A DNA stretch of 806 bases from a phage. The notes beneath the pieces are model-generated. The model saw only the letters and a program-made list of their open reading frames with translations, was not told the origin of the DNA and ran no database searches. Positions 1-806 of this stretch are shown here, piece after piece. The position numbers and the translations under genes were made by a program. The stretch's first letter is position 1. Each line of letters starts with the position of its first letter. Location: the sequence record AF056248.1. The stretch is one strand, 5' to 3'.

Positions 1-153
1 TAGGAACTTAATTATATGTCTCCTTGCTACTTCTAAACGAATTATCACCTCTGCTAAGCNTTGATGAATTGGGTTTAATGGTTACTTTGATTCAGGNTAC
101 AGGATGANGANAAGTNCANTGGAAGCTTNCGNGTGATGCNGCGATTAAAGGTN

Positions 154-185
154 GGACTGGGTNTGACTGTAGGTTGACGTTGAAA
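154..185 (+). repeat. Short GAC-core repeats at about one helical turn spacing (ggactgg / tgactgt / ttgacg, then ttgaaa)
   Basis: gactg occurs at 155-159 and 165-169 (10-bp spacing); tgac at 164-167 and 175-178 (11-bp spacing); ttgacg at 174-179 is immediately followed by ttgaaa at 180-185, both resembling a bacterial -35 hexamer. The block lies about 25-55 bp upstream of the ATG at 208. Units are short, so chance is plausible. Confidence 0.12.
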
Positions 186-207
186 AACNCANNGCNGATN
201 GAAACAG

Positions 208-402
208 ATGCNGATCCTGCTACTGAAATTCCATTTANTCCGTGATAATGCTGTAATGCNTATGCAGAACTCTGCNGCGTTTGGATTCTTGGATCAACCA
301 GACAGTGTTCCCTTAGATACTTTTCNTAGCTCNAAAACCTTNAGAATTACNAGATGCGGGTGGCNGATNTTGCAGATAANTGTNNTAAAAACTCCCNTCT
401 AA
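208..402 (+). CDS. Hypothetical small ORF (64 codons), unverified and possibly spurious
   Basis: Only ORF in the supplied six-frame track. ATG at 208-210, TAA at 400-402; the frame is open back to a TGA at 181-183. About one codon in five contains an N (X in the translation), and any of these could hide a stop or an indel-induced frameshift. No GGAGG-like ribosome-binding site in the ~15 bases upstream (gcngatngaaacag). The translation has no motif I recognise. Confidence 0.12.
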   Translation: MXILLLKFHLXRDNAVMXMQNSXAFGFLDQPDSVPLDTFXSXKTXRIXRCGWXXLQIXXXKTPX

Positions 403-500
403 AATGACTAAACNACCANANNTAATACNTTGTGAATCNATGGTTNTAAACCNGATCCTAAACTANGCNNNTTAACTTGAAAACTNCCNCCTANTGGNGC

Positions 501-520
501 TATTATATAATATTATAATA
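501..520. promoter_or_regulatory. AT-rich near-palindromic block with two TATAAT hexamers (possible -10 or TATA-like element)
   Basis: Sequence tattatataatattataata is 100% A/T over 20 bases and nearly self-complementary. TATAAT occurs at 506-511 and 514-519. No convincing TTGACA-like -35 at 16-19 bp spacing (nearest is ttgaaa at 477-482, spacer too long), and no clear downstream ORF. Confidence 0.15.
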
Positions 521-806
521 TCNANTGACNGNTCCNNCCGGTGACTCCCNANTTTATAGTTAAAAAAGCGGCGTAGNNNTTTATTTAAATTATGGAATAC
601 CGATCCCTNAAAAAAAATTNTCTCCCTNNCNNATNNTTAACCAACNTNAACCGCCTTTACTNCGAAAACNTAACCCAACGAAGATCCTNCNTACCCCTCC
701 AATCCCCCGTTAATTTCCCCNGGCTTCCCAAAANGGGGCCGGTTNNGCNAACNTNNTTGGGAAANNTTTANGNAGNCNGAAATNCTNANNNTNCAAGGCC
801 CCNCNC

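Noticed and set aside
37-62. cacctc at 46-51, reminiscent of the anti-Shine-Dalgarno CACCTCC at the 3' end of 16S rRNA
   Set aside because: The flanking sequence does not match the conserved 16S 3' terminus (GGATCACCTCCTT), and nothing upstream resembles rRNA. It is a 6-mer coincidence.
123-128. HindIII recognition site AAGCTT
   Set aside because: A single 6-bp restriction site is expected by chance in any read and there is no recognisable polylinker context around it, so it says nothing about biology or a vector junction.
292-687. GATC (Dam-type) site clustering
   Set aside because: Five GATC sites in 806 bp (at 213, 292, 454, 603, 683) against about three expected by chance. This is not meaningful enrichment and there is no origin-like spacing.
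690-806. C-rich segment with runs cccc/ccccc/cccc/ccc followed by gggg and ggcc motifs, which could be read as a C-rich repeat, an i-motif/G-quadruplex-like element or a GC-rich island
   Set aside because: It coincides with the highest N density at the 3' end of the read. Homopolymer stretching and compositional drift are classic late-trace base-calling artefacts, so I do not treat this as real sequence structure.
1-806. Possibility that the window encodes a novel defence or accessory system
   Set aside because: There is no multi-gene architecture, no repeat-spacer array, no long ORF and no recognisable domain. The single small ORF is riddled with ambiguous codons. Claiming a system from this read would be unsupported.

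Overview
This window looks like a low-quality, single-pass read rather than finished sequence, and I cannot support any confident gene, RNA or mobile-element call from it. About 93 of the 806 positions (~11%) are N, and they become denser toward the 3' end (1 N in bases 1-60, 14 in 721-780), where C/G/A homopolymer runs also appear. Outside the last ~120 bases the composition is moderately AT-rich. Both strands are saturated with stop codons: the only open frame is the 64-codon + strand ORF at 208-402, which has ambiguous (X) codons at roughly one position in five, no recognisable Shine-Dalgarno sequence and no family resemblance I can recognise. I see no rRNA, tRNA, CRISPR array, or terminal inverted repeats. 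The only things worth a second look are weak, small-scale motifs: an AT-rich near-symmetric block with two TATAAT hexamers (501-520), a short set of GAC-core repeats at about 10-bp spacing upstream of the ORF (154-185), and a recurring GATCCT hexamer. I found no evidence of a novel biological system here; any stronger claim needs a clean re-read and a database search.
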